From Candidatus Omnitrophica bacterium CG22_combo_CG10-13_8_21_14_all_43_16 (lineage in GTDB: Bacteria > Omnitrophota > Gorgyraeia > Gorgyraeales > Gorgyraeaceae): a stretch of 51,536 nt of DNA. How positions within the stretch are numbered: position 1 is the first letter of the stretch; every line of letters starts with the position of its first letter. A model generated the notes under the pieces. That model did not search any database. It was not told where the DNA came from and saw nothing but the letters and a program-made list of their open reading frames with translations. A program made the position numbers and the translations under genes. This document shows positions 17,575 through 27,416 of the stretch, one piece after another. The stretch is taken from assembly GCA_002771475.1 (NCBI GenBank), contig PCTH01000078.1, forward strand, positions 1 to 51,536, given 5' to 3'.

Positions 17575-20500
17575 TTATAGGCTTTGCTGCGTTGCAGACA
17601 TGCGTGGATAAGAAATTTGTTTTATAGCGGTATTATCAATGTTTGGCAATATCCTGATATAGCTTTCTCCCTGGCTCCTTTTTTCAGCCCAACTAGAAGT
17701 ACCCGAGAAACTTATTATAGGCCTCACTCTTATTTGATATGTACAATCCATCGCTTTATCCAATCTAAAATCCCTTGTTTCTGATTTAAAAACATCTTTC
17801 AGAAAATCCCACCTCAAAATCGTATCAATAACGCCTCTATAGCGCCATGTGCCGCCGCCTTTATCTTCTACCGGTTCCATTCTAAACGCCTGTATATAGT
17901 CAGGCCGGTTATTTTGCTTAAATATTATCGAAACCTCCGCTGCCTCGGGGGGGATATTATATTTAAATTTCACGTCGGCTTCTACATTAACAGGGTCATA
18001 TGTGCCGTCTGTTTTAAATGCTCTCTCGCTTAATGCGGCAGGCGATACATTGCTAATATCTATTTTTTTCAATAAGGCTTCCGGGTCTTCCAGAGCAGCA
18101 GCTACTTTCTTAGCCAGCTTATAATTATTCTCTTCCATGCGCCCGGAAAACATCGCTTCTTTTGTATAATATTTCCTGGCGTATTCTTCTATCATGCGGT
18201 CTGTCCCAAACCTGAGCATGCCTGTCCTCAGGGATTCCCTCATCATGCTAAGCCACTCCCCGGAAGGCCTCTTGGAAGGCTTAATGTTTTTTCCATAATA
18301 TTTATTTATCGCGGATTCCGGATTTTTTAAATCTAATTCATTATGAAACTCCCCTATATTATTAAAAAGTATCGCATTCCTGTTATGAACAAGGTCTTTT
18401 CTCATAAAACCCGTAGGAATGCCTCCGTTAATTATTCCATTCACAGCGACCTTTTCCCCGCTTGTAGCTGACGCCTCCTGCGGTATATAATTTACTTCCG
18501 GATAACTAAGCCACAGGTCGCAACCCTGCTCAAGATAATGAGCCATATCAAGATTATAATTCTCCAGGAATACCACCTGATTCTTTATGCCGTTTTCCTC
18601 CAGCTGTTTTATGTAATCGTGAATACGCCTGATAATTATTTGGCCCCGCACATCTTCCGGATGGGCCTTGCCGGCAAATATCAACTGGACTGGCTTTTTT
18701 GCGTTAATGGCCTCTGTGAAGATCCTCTTTATCCCTGTAAAATCTCCGCTTAACACCCAATCGCTTCTCTTATATTCCGCAAATCTCCTGGCAACCACAA
18801 TCGTAAAGGCATTCTCGTCAAACAGGATATCCGCTTCTTTTATTTTCTCAGGGCGTTCGTTATTTCTTACGCGCTGATTCTTAACGTTCTTTCGCGCAAA
18901 CTCAATTAATCTTTTTTTAGCAGGCATGTGCGCATCCCATAACTCGCTATCGGTTATCCTGTCAATTGCCAGGTTTAAAATCTGCTCGTCGCCCAATACC
19001 TGGTTAGCAGCTTTTACATCTATAATCTTACTTTCAATAAGTTCCTGTAATTCTGAAGATTGCCAATACGGAATACTTACGCCGTTCAATATCTCCCCGA
19101 TCACATAACCGCCCCACTGTTCCCTGGATACGCTGCCGTGTTCATCGCTTACGCCGTTCTTGAATCCGCACAGATTCAGCAAAAGCTGGGCCATGTTCAA
19201 TAACCCATCTTTATCCCCCAAGGCCGCGATCTTTTCATGCTCTTCTTCAGACAGCAAATTGTTATTGAACGCGTAGGCATGCTCTGCTTTGCTAAACGCC
19301 CAGTTACCCGCGGGTATCGGAGTATGGATAGTAAATAAACTTTTATAATACATAGTTACCGCCGCCTGTTCAAAACTAAGGCCGGTTTTTTTCATCAAGT
19401 CTTTTATCAGCCCTATGATGGCGAATCCGGAATGGCTTTCGTTAAGGTGGTAAAAATCCGCCTTTATCCCGAGTTTATCCAATAAAAAGGCCTCTCCTAT
19501 ACCGAGTATATAAGCCTGATGAAATTTTATCTGATCTTTCTCTCCCTCTCTTTTGCTATAAAGATATTTTGTTACCCTTCTTTTCCAATTAATTCTGTCA
19601 TCCTTGCCATTTTCAGCTATGTCAGTATCTAACAAATAAAGCCTGCCTCTGCCTACCATAACCTCCCATACCTTGACATAAACAACGGTATCATACATAG
19701 TTATCTCTAGAAGCAATGGTTTTCCGTTTTGTTTATCTATCACTTCCCGCTTAGGCATCCTGGAAAAATCCGTGTCATTAAACACATCCTCCTGATCGCC
19801 ATTAGAATTAATCCGCTGCGTGAAATACCCATATTTATACCCAAGGCCTACTCCTATAAAGTTAAACCCCATATCGCTCATCTCTTTCACGTGATCGCCT
19901 GATAAAGCCCCTAGCCCGCCGGACTGCAGGTTTTGGGTAAATTTGCTGATGCCAAACTCAAAAGATGAGTAGACTGCCAGTTTGTTTTTCAGTTCCGGAT
20001 AATTCTCGCTGACCCAGGTCTTTTTGTCAGGATCCATATAGGTTCTGTATGAAGTCATTAATCCGGCGTAAGCGTCCCGAAACTTCTTACTCCCGGATAT
20101 ATCTTTTAATCTTTTTATGCCGAAATATTTTAAAAATAAAGCTGGGTTCTGATCCACTTCATAGCTATTCCATAACGCAGGGTCCATCATCTTGTACAGG
20201 TCCCTGGCTTTATAGTCCCATTCAAACCACAGATTCTGCCCGACTTCCGCGAGATCAGCGTAGACTGCCTCTGTCTTTAAATAGGCCAGGTAGCCGCTGT
20301 TTTCTTGGGAGTCATCGCTATAGATTTCTATAAATTTAATATATCCCGCGATATCTTCTGCGATAAGCTCTCTGGTACCGCGGCTGCCTTTCTGGGCCAG
20401 AATTTCTTCTGTCTCAGCTTTCCCGTCAGCGCCTCTTTCGTGAGCAAGCTCTTCTGACATTAAAGAGGCCACAAGCTCAGATACAAAAACCGGATTTTCT

Positions 20501-22854
20501 CCCCTATTAAGCATAGATTCAAGATCTGAGGCATTCAATATTATAAGATTATTTGCTTTATGGTCTCCTGCCAGGTAATCATATTTATCCGCTAATATTA
20601 TTGTAATGTCCCGGCTCAATAACCCCTTATGGAGGGATTCTGAGCGCGACATGGCTTTTTGTAAAATAGGCGTATTATTGCGGAGATAATCCGCCAATCC
20701 AACTCTCGCAGCAGGGCCGTGTATGGTAAAAGTTACGCTTAACCCCGATTCAGGTTTTATTGTCCCTAGCTTATCTGTATTTACTTCTATTTTATTCATT
20801 ATGCCTGCGTCATTAACATCATATTCTTTTCTTCCAATTTTAAATCTTTCCGTAGTATTGAGCCCGGCTTTAGAGGTAAGGCTGTTATCTTTGGAACGAA
20901 GAGAAAAATGCGCCGCCCCGCTTGCCGTAAATACGCCGCTATTGGAAAACATTATATAGGCCTTTACTTTGGCGACTGCCCTTTCTGTCAGCGACCTGAC
21001 TCCCATATAATCAGCCGCAAGAAAATACTGGTACGCGTACGGCGGATAATAACTGGAATTAAACGCTTCGGAATATCTGGCCCGTAAAGCGTCCGGTATT
21101 TCCTTGTATTGCCCTACTACCCATGAGCTGGAATTTTCATTCATGATAGAAGTATCCGGGATATCTGTCTCGTCTTTATTTCTCCAGGCTATTTCTTCCG
21201 CTTTTACTCTCATCGCGTATGCGGCCAATAAAATATTTATAGGCTCTGCGTTATTTGCAAGGTTATTAAGCGTCGGATATATTGTTTTGAGCCAGCCCTT
21301 CCATCCGCCTTCATCCTCCTGAATGTCTTTTATAAATTCATATCCGAGCGTATCATCAGTCCCGTCTATAAATTCTTTAAATGCCGCCTTGTCAGCTTCT
21401 GTATCAAGAAGCTGCTTCATGATAAAATCACTGTTATCATACAGAAAATCCAGGAATTCTTTATTCTGCATAAAAGACGCGCTTACGTTTCCAAGGCCCA
21501 CTGTATTTTTCATATCATAGAAACCTGCTATCCTGGAAAGAAACTCTTTGATGGATTCTTTTATCGTATTCAGAGAATTTGTATGGACGTTTTCTTCATA
21601 TAAAAAGCCTGCTATAAAAGCAGGCTCCAATTGCCATTCATCCGCGGCGAATTGCATGGCCTTAACCCTTTCCGGATTCAAAAACCCTTCCACTCTCGCG
21701 GTATCTTCAGAACTAAGGATATTTTTTTTGGATGCCCTGGCTGCGGTAAAGTCCTTCTTTTCTTTTTCAAACTGCTCCTTTGAGGCATATCTTTCGCCAT
21801 GCATTGGTTTTCCTAAATTAACGACTTCCTGCTTCTCGGCATCAGATGATTCTCCTGATTCGTATGTCAATTTGCCTGCCGCTAAAGTGAATATTGCGGC
21901 AATAGCAGCCTTGCCGGTTTTTGAAATAAAAACCCTTCGCGGCATTGTTCTTTTCTTTATAACACTCTTTGAGATATTCGTATAAAAATCTAATTTCCTT
22001 GCCCCTGCCCAGCTGACATCCCCCAGAGAAACCTTTTCAAATCCGTCAAAACTCAAATCTGAATTAGGCAGGTTTTCCATTACTATAAAACTGTTATTTT
22101 TAAATAAACTATTGATAAGCCCTGATTTTACAGCCTTGCTCATTTTTCCTATAAGGCCGGGATTTCCCCTTGAATATAATATATTATAGCCGCTTTTTAA
22201 TTCATCCGGATAAATCTGCGCCGCATCCAACTGATAATATATCTTCACCTTCCTTATTTTCCCTAGATATGAGAAGTTCGCGGTAAACACAGGATAACCT
22301 ATGCCGTCTATATTTTCGACGCCGCGGCCGAACGAGATTTTTTCCGGATCTATCACCTGTAAAGATGATAAGTCTTTCTTTATTCTCCTTTTGAATATTT
22401 CATAATCTCCCTTTGTAACATCAGCTCCGATCAACTGGGTAAACTCAGTAGCTATGAGAGGGGAAACTATATCAATATCCTCAACCCCGGAAACCGGGCT
22501 GGAGAAGCCTCCGCCAACCGCATAATAATAGACCTTAACATCTATTGCCGCGCCTCTTAATTCCAGAATCTTGTTCCTGACATCCAGGAGGTACTTGGCA
22601 TATTCAGGCCTGCTCTGCCATCCTTTATTTTCTTTTAAGAACGACTCTTGAACTCCCGCGCTCAGGGCATCCTGCATCCTCTTATAGCCGTTTGTAGAAT
22701 CAATAGGCACTCTCAACGTATTGTCTTTTATATATACGCTAGATGTATTATTATTAGATATAGATTCCGGGCAGGCTGCGCTTGTAACCAGAAATACCTG
22801 GATTAACAGAAGAGCCGCTAGTTTAATGAAATTTTTATCTTTATAGTTTAGCAT
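17575..22854 (-). CDS. 1759-aa membrane-anchored fusion: unknown N-terminal ~870 aa + GT35 alpha-glucan (glycogen/maltodextrin) phosphorylase + ~190-aa C-terminal extension
   Basis: N-terminal signal/anchor FIKLAALLLIQVFLVTSAA. A second hydrophobic segment AAIAAIFTLAAGKL lies near residue 320. Phosphorylase motifs: QSGGLGALSGDHVKEMSDMGFNFIGVGLGYKYGYFTQRI, and EASATSGEKVAVNG with the PLP lysine retained. No internal stop codons. Confidence 0.8.
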   Translation of the reverse strand: MLNYKDKNFIKLAALLLIQVFLVTSAACPESISNNNTSSVYIKDNTLRVPIDSTNGYKRMQDALSAGVQESFLKENKGWQSRPEYAKYLLDVRNKILELRGAAIDVKVYYYAVGGGFSSPVSGVEDIDIVSPLIATEFTQLIGADVTKGDYEIFKRRIKKDLSSLQVIDPEKISFGRGVENIDGIGYPVFTANFSYLGKIRKVKIYYQLDAAQIYPDELKSGYNILYSRGNPGLIGKMSKAVKSGLINSLFKNNSFIVMENLPNSDLSFDGFEKVSLGDVSWAGARKLDFYTNISKSVIKKRTMPRRVFISKTGKAAIAAIFTLAAGKLTYESGESSDAEKQEVVNLGKPMHGERYASKEQFEKEKKDFTAARASKKNILSSEDTARVEGFLNPERVKAMQFAADEWQLEPAFIAGFLYEENVHTNSLNTIKESIKEFLSRIAGFYDMKNTVGLGNVSASFMQNKEFLDFLYDNSDFIMKQLLDTEADKAAFKEFIDGTDDTLGYEFIKDIQEDEGGWKGWLKTIYPTLNNLANNAEPINILLAAYAMRVKAEEIAWRNKDETDIPDTSIMNENSSSWVVGQYKEIPDALRARYSEAFNSSYYPPYAYQYFLAADYMGVRSLTERAVAKVKAYIMFSNSGVFTASGAAHFSLRSKDNSLTSKAGLNTTERFKIGRKEYDVNDAGIMNKIEVNTDKLGTIKPESGLSVTFTIHGPAARVGLADYLRNNTPILQKAMSRSESLHKGLLSRDITIILADKYDYLAGDHKANNLIILNASDLESMLNRGENPVFVSELVASLMSEELAHERGADGKAETEEILAQKGSRGTRELIAEDIAGYIKFIEIYSDDSQENSGYLAYLKTEAVYADLAEVGQNLWFEWDYKARDLYKMMDPALWNSYEVDQNPALFLKYFGIKRLKDISGSKKFRDAYAGLMTSYRTYMDPDKKTWVSENYPELKNKLAVYSSFEFGISKFTQNLQSGGLGALSGDHVKEMSDMGFNFIGVGLGYKYGYFTQRINSNGDQEDVFNDTDFSRMPKREVIDKQNGKPLLLEITMYDTVVYVKVWEVMVGRGRLYLLDTDIAENGKDDRINWKRRVTKYLYSKREGEKDQIKFHQAYILGIGEAFLLDKLGIKADFYHLNESHSGFAIIGLIKDLMKKTGLSFEQAAVTMYYKSLFTIHTPIPAGNWAFSKAEHAYAFNNNLLSEEEHEKIAALGDKDGLLNMAQLLLNLCGFKNGVSDEHGSVSREQWGGYVIGEILNGVSIPYWQSSELQELIESKIIDVKAANQVLGDEQILNLAIDRITDSELWDAHMPAKKRLIEFARKNVKNQRVRNNERPEKIKEADILFDENAFTIVVARRFAEYKRSDWVLSGDFTGIKRIFTEAINAKKPVQLIFAGKAHPEDVRGQIIIRRIHDYIKQLEENGIKNQVVFLENYNLDMAHYLEQGCDLWLSYPEVNYIPQEASATSGEKVAVNGIINGGIPTGFMRKDLVHNRNAILFNNIGEFHNELDLKNPESAINKYYGKNIKPSKRPSGEWLSMMRESLRTGMLRFGTDRMIEEYARKYYTKEAMFSGRMEENNYKLAKKVAAALEDPEALLKKIDISNVSPAALSERAFKTDGTYDPVNVEADVKFKYNIPPEAAEVSIIFKQNNRPDYIQAFRMEPVEDKGGGTWRYRGVIDTILRWDFLKDVFKSETRDFRLDKAMDCTYQIRVRPIISFSGTSSWAEKRSQGESYIRILPNIDNTAIKQISYPRMSATQQSL

Positions 22855-22862
22855 ATTAAATT

Positions 22863-22950
22863 AAAAAAACCCGGGCATGTCTCTGTATGTCTTATAGGTT
22901 TCGTACCCCGCCATGGGAGAGAGGCCCTATTCAATAAGAGGCAATGCCCG
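22863..22950 (-). promoter_or_regulatory. long irregular hairpin plus U7 tract (terminator/attenuator-like) ending 8 nt before the phosphorylase-fusion ATG
   Basis: On the minus strand CGGGCAU (22950-22944) pairs with AUGCCCG (22878-22872), enclosing about 65 nt. Inner pairings are CUCU/AGAG, AUAGG/CCUAU and CCC/GGG. The hairpin is followed by GGUUUUUUU (22863-22869 on the plus strand is A7). Confidence 0.45.
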
Positions 22951-23014
22951 AGTATTGTATCATAATACCTAATAAAAATGCCAGGTTTTTCGCCTGGCTT
23001 TCATAGAGGCCCAT
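22931..23014 (-). promoter_or_regulatory. candidate 27-codon leader ORF (MGLYESQAKNLAFLLGIMIQYSGIASY)
   Basis: ATG at 23014 has AAGAGGG 7 nt upstream. The stop is TGA at 22933-22931. The ORF runs through hairpin T1 and through the 5' arm of the long hairpin. There is no homology evidence. Confidence 0.25.
22970..22998 (-). terminator. rho-independent terminator (nrdJ-dcd unit, or a short leader transcript)
   Basis: Minus strand reads GCCAGG-cgaaaaa-CCTGGC followed by ATTTTTATTAGG. Confidence 0.55.
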
Positions 23015-23054
23015 GGCTTAACCCTCTTATAATTCTTTTAAAAACTCTATTATT

Positions 23055-23083
23055 AGTATACCTGATAATTTTCAATTTGTCAA
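23055..23083 (-). promoter_or_regulatory. near-consensus sigma70 promoter between the dcd stop and the terminator
   Basis: Minus strand reads TTGACA (23083-23078), a 17-nt spacer, then TATACT (23060-23055). Confidence 0.5.
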
Positions 23084-23138
23084 GACCTTGGAATAAAAGA
23101 ATGCGGTAGATTGATGGGAATCCGACTCCCCTCAATAG

Positions 23139-23690
23139 TTATTTGGATAGGGTGATGGATTGCTGGGATTGGTATTTGCCTTTGCGGTCAGCGTAGGTAA
23201 TATCGCACTGTTCATCTGATTCAAAAAAGACCACCTGGGCAATGCCTTCATTTGCGTAAAGTTTTGCGGGGGAGCCGGAGGTATTGCTTATCGCTATGGT
23301 TAGATAGCCTTCCCATGACGGCTCAAGCGGGGTAACATTTACTATCACGCCTATCCTGGCGTACGTGCTTTTGCCTGCGCAAAGCGCCAGGACATTGGAC
23401 GGGATTTTGAAATATTCAAATGATCTTGCGAGAATAAACGAATTGGGCGGGATGACGCAGATTTCCCCTTTAAAATCTTCAAATAAATCAGGCCCTGCAT
23501 TTTTAGGATCTAAAATATTTTTTTTATTTGTGCCTTTGAAGATTTTAAATTCGTCCGCGATCCTTATATCATAACCATAACTTGAAAGGCCGTAAGAGAT
23601 ATTGTTTTTTTTGACTTGCTGAGGTTGAAATGGCTTTATCATATCGCGCTCCAAAGCCATTTTTTTAATCCATGAATCAGGTTTTAGCAT
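23139..23690 (-). CDS. dcd: dCTP deaminase
   Basis: [21 protein letters not shown] and [23 protein letters not shown] are typical Dcd motifs. I set the start at MLKPDSWI (23690), which gives the usual distance to the IKPF motif and overlaps the nrdJ stop as ATGCTAA. Confidence 0.88.
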   Translation of the reverse strand: MLKPDSWIKKMALERDMIKPFQPQQVKKNNISYGLSSYGYDIRIADEFKIFKGTNKKNILDPKNAGPDLFEDFKGEICVIPPNSFILARSFEYFKIPSNVLALCAGKSTYARIGVIVNVTPLEPSWEGYLTIAISNTSGSPAKLYANEGIAQVVFFESDEQCDITYADRKGKYQSQQSITLSK

Positions 23691-26600
23691 TTGGAATATC
23701 CGCAGGAGCGGCATACCACGCAGCCTTCTTCATGCCTTAACGCAGCTCCGCAGTCAGGGCAAACGCCCACTACAGTGCCGAGCTTATCTTCTATCATGGT
23801 ATGAGGAGAATGTTTTTCCAGGGCTTCTTCCTGATGATGCATTTTGCCGTTTCCAAGCCGCAGTTCCAGGACCCTTGAAATTGCATCAGAGCAGGAAAAG
23901 ATTCTTCCGCTTTTTTCCCATGAAGGCGACGGGCAGCGTATGCCTCTTAATTGCTCCACTATTTTGCTATTCTCGACTCCTGAGCGAAGCGCCAAAGATA
24001 CTAATCTTCCTATTGCCTCGAGCTGGCTCGCGGCGCAGCCGCCGGCCTTGCCCATCTGAATAAAGACTTCGAAAGGCAGGGCTTTATCATCGACATTGAT
24101 GGTTATATAAAGATTGCCGCATCCTGTTGCAACCTTTGTAGTGGTGCCGTTTGTGACAACAGGCCTCGGCCTGGGGGCAACGCTTTTTTTGTCTTTTGGT
24201 TCTACTGCGGAATCCGCGCTCACTTCTTTCTTTATTGTGTCATTGGAATTGATATTCAGCACCTGCTCCTCCCTGGATTTATCTCTGTAAATGGTTATAC
24301 CCTTACACCCTAATTTGAAAGCCAGCATATACACTTCTCTTATATCATCTTTTGCGGCATCGTGCGGGAAATTAACTGTCTTTGATACCGCATTGTCCGT
24401 GTATTTCTGAAAAACAGCCTGCATCCTTATGTGCCAAAGAGGGGCTATATCATGAGATGTAACAAAAATCTTTTTATATTTTTCAGGCACGGCTTCTACA
24501 TCTTTAATAGAGCCTTTTGCCGCGATCTCCTCCATTAGTTTTCTGGAATAGAAACCTTCCTGTTTCGCGACTTCTTCGAATAATGAATTTACCTCTATCA
24601 GCTTATCGTTATCCATCACATTTCTGTAATACGACAATGCGAATAAAGGCTCAACCCCGCTTGATGTATTAGATATAATAGAGATAGTGCCGGTGGGAGC
24701 GATTGTCGTAAGCGTGGCATTCCTTAATTCTTTCAGGCCTTCTTCTGCGAATTTACTTTCCTTAAAAGAGGCAAACGATCCTCTTTTTTCCGCAAGCTCC
24801 CGGGATTTAACCCTTGATTCATCAAATATAAACTTCATTATCTTTTCTCCGAGCTGCACTGCTTCTTCGCTATTGTAAGGTATCTCCAGTTTTATAAGCA
24901 TATCCGCCCAGCCCATTACGCCGAGGCCGATCTTTCTATTGGTTCTGGTCATTTTTTCTATTTCCTGGAGCGGAAATTTATTCATATCAATAACATTGTC
25001 AAGAAAATGCACGCCTGTATGCACCAATTCTCTCAATGCATCCCAGTCAACCTGTTTTGCGCCATTACCGCAGATAGTCTTGGCTAAATTTATTGAGCCG
25101 AGGTTACAGCTTTCAAACGGCAGCAGCGGCTGCTCTCCGCATGGATTCGTGCTTTCTATCTCACCTAATTTCGGAGTGGGATTATCTTTATTTATCCTGT
25201 CTATAAATACGATTCCCGGCTCTCCGTTTTTCCAGGACAATTCCACTATAAGGTCAAAAACCTCTTTTGCCTTTAACCTCTTTACTTCTTTTTTATCATG
25301 CGGGTCTATCAAAGAATATTCTTCGTCGTTAATGACCTTATTCATAAAATCTTCGGTAACAGCTATGGAAATATTAAAATTCGTTATTTCTTTGTCATTT
25401 TCTTTACATTTAATAAATTCCAGAATATCGGGATGGTCAACGCGAAGTATGCCCATATTCGCCCCGCGCCTGGTCCCGCCCTGCTTGACCGCCTGAGTGG
25501 CTGCGTTAAAAACCTTCATGAATGAAACCGGCCCGCTGGAAACTCCTCCTGTGGAACGGACTACGCTATTTTTCGGCCTGAGCCTTGAAAAACTAAACCC
25601 GGTCCCTCCGCCGGAATTATGGGAAATAAATCCGTTCGCCAGATAACTATGCTTTAATGGGATAGTAAGGTCATAGGTATCCATTATACCTACAGGAGTT
25701 ACATCGGAAACTTTTACAAAAAAGTATTCTTCTTTTAATATTGTTTTGAAAAATTGCGGGATAGTTGAACTGTTCTCAACGACAGCGGTAACTTTCTGCC
25801 TTGTTAATTTTCTCTGGTCAGTATGCCTGTTTATAATATCATCGAAAAATTTGCGCGCTTCATATCTTTCAGATACATTTTCCAGGCCGTCATACCATTC
25901 TTTAATTTTAGCTTTTTGATTTGGAATAACCTCGCCACGCTTAAAAATAGAGGAGATTTTGACTTTCATTAATCTATTATTCTTTCGTTTAAGCAAAAAA
26001 CCTATCTTCGCCCTGAAATGCATAAATCCGTTCTTTGCGCATACTGAAACCTGGAAACTATCAGTAGATTTAAAATAAGTCCGCTGGGTAGGTATACCTA
26101 TATATAACATCAGGGTTTGAATCTCTTCCGAAAGAAGCCTGGAACTTGTAGTTAATGTTATATGGCCGCTCTCTCGGATACAGCCGTCTGTCGAGAATAA
26201 ACCTCTCAGAAAAGCGCATATAATATCTTCGGATGTGTCAAAAATAATCTTTGGGATCCTTGCCTCTCTTGAAGAAGATTTAGTTACCCCTAGAAATTTG
26301 AACCATTGTTTAATTACAGTGCTTAAAATTGCGACTTCATAGTTTTCGCTAAAAGTCATGCTGAAAATAGCTTTTTTATTAAAAATATTTTCTGACATCC
26401 CGCTGATAATATCTACCATTTCTCTATCATCTTTGCCAACCGAAAATCTAATGCCGTCTCTATGATTGGAACCGTCACCTATATAAATACCAATAAGCTC
26501 TGCTAATTCTACGGTTAATTTTTCGGGAAGATCTACTTTCTGCGTTTTAAATTGGCCTGAATTCAAAATTGGCTTGGAGACGTATTTAAAAACTGGCAGC

Positions 26601-27274
26601 TTGTTATTGCCTCCTTCTAATTTATTACAAGGCTTCATTGCTACCCAATCGCCTGGTTTGATGCTTCCGATTTCGCGCCACATATATTCGCCATTTTCAG
26701 CCACGACCAGAAGTTTATGTTCTGCTGTGCCTTTTATTGAATACCCCCGGTTTGTATTAACCTCAAATATTATCTGCTTACCGTTATTATAGACTTCCTT
26801 TACAGGAAAATATCCTTCCTCTGTTTCTATTTCCATATCCTTTTTTACATCTTTCAACTTTTTTATCCCATTACTAGTCTTAATCAACGTATCGGCAGTT
26901 AAACACTTATGAATCATAGCGGTGTTTTTTATCGCGTCAAAAATGGATTCCATCGAATCTCCTACGGGAAGGACAAAACACGCGGATAACTGCCCCAGGT
27001 CTTTACCTGCGTTCATCAATGTGGGGCTATTCGGCATAAATTCAAAATTAGATAAGGCCTCATAAAATTTATTCTCTGTCTCTTTTATCTCAGGGCCGGC
27101 CGCGCCGTAAAGCTTGTCAGCCTTGGCTATATAGCGGCTTACCCTCCTGAACATCTCTTCGGGCGTTTCCTTGATTTTACCGTTTTCATCTTTCAGCAGA
27201 TATCTTTTTTCAAGGACCTTAAGGCAATTCTCTGAAATGCTCAACTTTTTTTCAATCCTGTTTTTTACTTCCAT
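23684..27274 (-). CDS. nrdJ: adenosylcobalamin-dependent (class II) ribonucleotide reductase, intein-containing
   Basis: N-terminal [30 protein letters not shown] and NSPTLMNAG. The exteins join as ...[21 protein letters not shown]. It also has NPCGEQPL and a C-terminal Zn-ribbon [21 protein letters not shown]. The SD GGAGGA precedes the ATG. Confidence 0.9.
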   Translation of the reverse strand: MEVKNRIEKKLSISENCLKVLEKRYLLKDENGKIKETPEEMFRRVSRYIAKADKLYGAAGPEIKETENKFYEALSNFEFMPNSPTLMNAGKDLGQLSACFVLPVGDSMESIFDAIKNTAMIHKCLTADTLIKTSNGIKKLKDVKKDMEIETEEGYFPVKEVYNNGKQIIFEVNTNRGYSIKGTAEHKLLVVAENGEYMWREIGSIKPGDWVAMKPCNKLEGGNNKLPVFKYVSKPILNSGQFKTQKVDLPEKLTVELAELIGIYIGDGSNHRDGIRFSVGKDDREMVDIISGMSENIFNKKAIFSMTFSENYEVAILSTVIKQWFKFLGVTKSSSREARIPKIIFDTSEDIICAFLRGLFSTDGCIRESGHITLTTSSRLLSEEIQTLMLYIGIPTQRTYFKSTDSFQVSVCAKNGFMHFRAKIGFLLKRKNNRLMKVKISSIFKRGEVIPNQKAKIKEWYDGLENVSERYEARKFFDDIINRHTDQRKLTRQKVTAVVENSSTIPQFFKTILKEEYFFVKVSDVTPVGIMDTYDLTIPLKHSYLANGFISHNSGGGTGFSFSRLRPKNSVVRSTGGVSSGPVSFMKVFNAATQAVKQGGTRRGANMGILRVDHPDILEFIKCKENDKEITNFNISIAVTEDFMNKVINDEEYSLIDPHDKKEVKRLKAKEVFDLIVELSWKNGEPGIVFIDRINKDNPTPKLGEIESTNPCGEQPLLPFESCNLGSINLAKTICGNGAKQVDWDALRELVHTGVHFLDNVIDMNKFPLQEIEKMTRTNRKIGLGVMGWADMLIKLEIPYNSEEAVQLGEKIMKFIFDESRVKSRELAEKRGSFASFKESKFAEEGLKELRNATLTTIAPTGTISIISNTSSGVEPLFALSYYRNVMDNDKLIEVNSLFEEVAKQEGFYSRKLMEEIAAKGSIKDVEAVPEKYKKIFVTSHDIAPLWHIRMQAVFQKYTDNAVSKTVNFPHDAAKDDIREVYMLAFKLGCKGITIYRDKSREEQVLNINSNDTIKKEVSADSAVEPKDKKSVAPRPRPVVTNGTTTKVATGCGNLYITINVDDKALPFEVFIQMGKAGGCAASQLEAIGRLVSLALRSGVENSKIVEQLRGIRCPSPSWEKSGRIFSCSDAISRVLELRLGNGKMHHQEEALEKHSPHTMIEDKLGTVVGVCPDCGAALRHEEGCVVCRSCGYSKC
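25616..26905 (-). mobile_element. 430-aa intein with LAGLIDADG homing-endonuclease domain inside nrdJ (residues 124-553)
   Basis: Begins with Cys1 ([10 protein letters not shown]) and has block B GTAEH. There are two LAGLIDADG motifs, [13 protein letters not shown] and [12 protein letters not shown]. It ends GFISHN, followed by Ser+1 of the extein. I checked the codons at both junctions: aca at 26903-26905 is Cys and att at 25616-25618 is Asn. Confidence 0.85.
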
Positions 27275-27333
27275 TATTTTCCTCCGGATTTTACAAAACT
27301 CTTTAATTTCTGTTTACCAAAATCATGAAAACA

Positions 27334-27361
27334 AGTATATCACTTGACAATTATATGTCAA
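27334..27361 (-). promoter_or_regulatory. nrdJ promoter
   Basis: Minus strand reads TTGACA (27361-27356), a 16-nt spacer, then TATACT (27339-27334). Confidence 0.5.
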
Positions 27362-27386
27362 GTTAAAAAAACACAATATATTGATA
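27342..27386. promoter_or_regulatory. palindromic operator candidates (NrdR-box-like)
   Basis: ACTTGACA-attata-TGTCAAGT (27342-27363) is a perfect 8-bp inverted repeat covering the -35 and the spacer. ACACAATATATTGATA (27371-27386) matches 13 of 16 positions of the NrdR-box consensus acaCwAtATaTwGtgt as I remember it. Confidence 0.35.
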
Positions 27387-27416
27387 TTTTTTGTCGTCGG
27401 TACCTATATATAGTGG

